Source: Klebsormidium nitens
Lineage: Eukaryota; Plantae; Klebsormidiophyceae
Length of the DNA stretch: 49,646 nt
Direction: 5' to 3'
NCBI GenBank assembly: GCA_000708835.1
Contig: DF237584.1
Location: forward strand, 1-49,646
Numbering within the stretch: position 1 is the first letter of the stretch; every line of letters begins with the position of its first letter. The notes under the pieces are model-generated. The model was not told where the DNA came from. It was given only the letters and a program-made list of their open reading frames with translations, and ran no database searches. Below, one piece after another: positions 47,816-49,646 of this stretch. The translations under genes were made by a program, and so were the position numbers.

Positions 47816-47889
47816 GTAGCCATGATGCCCGGTAACCGGCAACGTGTGCCATTTACGGTTGTCCAACTGGGGATCTAAGGCTGACGCTG
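47816..47889 (+). ncRNA. Candidate C/D-box (K-turn) RNA module A10
   Basis: ATGATG 47822-27 and CTGA 47881-84; GTAA/TTAC and GGCA/TGCC stems. Confidence 0.4.
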
Positions 47890-49190
47890 CTAGTGTGTAC
47901 AAGCCCGCTCGGAAGCATATGGACGTTTCAGGAAATGCGCAAACTAAAAAGTGCGTGCAGTTTAACCAGCAATCGTGCGTGTGCTTTCCAACCACGGAAA
48001 GCACACGCACGAGCGGACGAGAGAAAAATCGTTGCAACATCAGAAGGGGCCTAGTGAAAAGGGCAATAAGCCCGCTCCTACGAGAAACTTTGGCACTGGG
48101 CTGAATCAGCAAACAGACAGATCACTAACATCAAATCTGTTTCTTCTTGAGGTCGAGCTCTTGGAATGCCAGTGCATAGGGCAAGCTTTCATGAAGCTGT
48201 ACTAGCGTTGCGGACATTAGTGCCGCTTCGCGCACGGAACCAATGAGAGGCCCGGTTCCGCAAGCTTGGAAGCAAGAGTCGCTGCCTTGTTTGGTTTTTG
48301 TATCTTCGGAGGCGAAGGACGACGTCGTTGTCGCTCCATCTGATGGTGAAAACTGGAATCGAACGAGTGGCTTTACCAAGACTTGAGATGGGCGATGAGA
48401 GATCGTATCGTGGAAAGTCAAAGAAGAAGAATGTCCCTGCAATCACCAAAACTTGACGTGCATAATCTTCTACAAGACTCGCCCAAACTATGCGCATATT
48501 TCGGGATCATCGGGCGACAAACGTAGATTTGCGTTAGGTTTGTGGTGAAGCTCGCAGATACGGAGCAGCATGCATTTCTGAGAGTTTCGGGGCAGGTAGG
48601 TTATCGGGAGGTGATTGGGCAGCATCGGCTGCCCGTTTCCTTATTGGGCTGCCAGCTGGGCTACAGTCTCTCGAGAGAGGAACGATCCTGATCAATGGAG
48701 CGTTCTTGATTCTGCGTGACAGAACTTTGATTAGGAAGACGTGGCCTTTATGCGTTGGCTGCCTCTTGTGCGGTTTCCCCGATTTGAAGCATGTGAGAAA
48801 TCAGTCAATGACAACTCTCTGTCACCAAGAGCTTAAGAGGTGTAAGACCCGACTAGTCTTTCAGATGGGACTTATGTTAGGAAAGCCCGATTTCCGGCTA
48901 TCTTCAACACCCGTACTGCTCCAGCTGGTCTTAATCGGACAGCAAGGATTGCAAAGTTTTGGCACAATATTCGAAGATCAGCCATCGCTGCTGCCACCGT
49001 ACGTACTTGATTGCTGTTCCGGAGTACCTTGGTCTGAGGGCTCTCGATGAAACTTTTTGCGGATCCCAGCACAAGCAGAGCTCTGGATAGGTAGGCCAGA
49101 CCTGATCAACGATAGCAGAAATTGTTTTTGTACGCGACTAACACCCCCGAGCTTATTTTGGTTTCTGCCAAATATAAGAAAAGTCAGCGG

Positions 49191-49263
49191 GCAGCTGTGA
49201 TGCCGGGCAATCTGGTCGCTCGTGCCAGTACTTGTTGTTATTGGCGCTCAAAGCTGACGCTGT
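49191..49263 (+). ncRNA. Candidate C/D-box (K-turn) RNA module A'6
   Basis: GTGATG 49197-202 and CTGA 49254-57; CAGC/GCTG outer stem; GGGC/GCTC inner pairing. Confidence 0.35.
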
Positions 49264-49646
49264 TCGAGTGCTTGTCCCAAGTGCAATCTCTCGCAGAAGG
49301 CCACAACTGGGAACGTATCTGTCATGTTCTATGGTGATTGATCATAGAGAGGCCTTGTCGGCTGTCGAGTCACTAAGCGTCGTTATCGCATCACGTCGGA
49401 ATTTTGCAAGTGGGCCATAGCGGTTAACCAATTGCTCCATCACATAGCGAGGATGAGAAAATTTCGGGGCATCCTTGAAATTAGGCGTCATCCCTGATCT
49501 TGACTAATGGTATCAAGGTTACACTGTTGTTCCTTCAATTTGCACTCGGTTCGAGGTATCTCTCAATTTACCCTGGAAATATACGTCCCATTTCCGACTA
49601 TTGTGAGAAAGCTTTTTCATGCGGGGCGTCCAGTCTTAGCTTTGTT

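Larger units (their letters stand above)
36960..49500 (+). repeat. Ancient, diverged higher-order tandem array built from C/D-box-like hairpin modules (A-A'-B cassette, ~10 cycles)
   Basis: Recurring motifs on one strand: AGCC(G/A)TGATGCC...GCTGACGCT, GGCA(A)GCTGTGATGC...TGA(C/T)GCTGTT, GCTAGCGGGCCTC, ACAGC(A/G)AGGATGAG...TGACGCTGT. No long ORF with recognisable motifs. Confidence 0.85.

Noticed and set aside
37021-47889. SECIS elements (RTGA...GA core)
   Set aside because: The K-turn core is similar, but the apical AA is not conserved, the 3' arm is too long, and no selenoprotein with an in-frame TGA lies upstream (MurE ends in TAG with no internal TGA).
41841-49272. Pol III B-box in GTTC(A/G)AGTGC after A' modules
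   Set aside because: It misses the conserved final C of GTTCRANNC, no upstream A-box or tRNA fold was seen, and it is not conserved in all copies.
36960-49500. CRISPR array
   Set aside because: Eukaryotic context, no cas genes, repeats are not identical, and spacing is irregular (hundreds of nt).
36960-49500. Repeated-exon (LRR-like) protein gene, e.g. the recurring minus-strand peptide WHTLPVTGHHG
   Set aside because: The peptide is simply the reverse complement of the A module. Frames break by indels and stops between copies, and no consistent splice phase was found. A decayed coding origin cannot be fully excluded without tblastx.
1-49646. tRNA, rRNA or snRNA genes and autonomous transposase/RT ORFs
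   Set aside because: None were recognised by eye; a tRNAscan-SE/Infernal run would be needed to exclude divergent ones.

Overview
Intron-rich eukaryotic nuclear DNA with GC-rich exons and GT-AG introns. By inference it comes from a streptophyte alga, possibly Klebsormidium-like; the organism is not verified. Three intact multi-exon genes could be rebuilt by hand with consistent splice phases: a TraB/TIKI-family protein with a transit-peptide-like N-terminus (+, 8894-14690, 8 exons), a D-aminoacyl-tRNA deacylase (-, 15975-18738, 5 exons), and, head-to-head with it, a plant-type plastid MurE ligase with intact catalytic motifs (+, 19946-35238, 17 exons). At the left end is a decaying Crinkler-like NTPase + restriction-endonuclease-fold gene (-), interrupted by a hAT-type MITE with an 8-bp TSD and containing an N-gap. 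Two patterns are not explained by these genes. (1) Introns repeatedly carry degenerate tandem copies ('echoes') of the adjacent exon boundaries, up to three decoy acceptors in a row. (2) The last ~13 kb has no credible protein gene but holds about 25 same-strand 60-80 nt modules with box C/D (kink-turn)-like ends (RTGATG or GGATGA ... NTGA-CGCT), terminal stems and covarying internal hairpins, arranged as a repeating A-A'-B cassette. This is a candidate tandem array of orphan C/D-like structured RNAs and the most interesting signal in the window. Most short ORFs in the supplied track are exon fragments, antisense shadows or noise.
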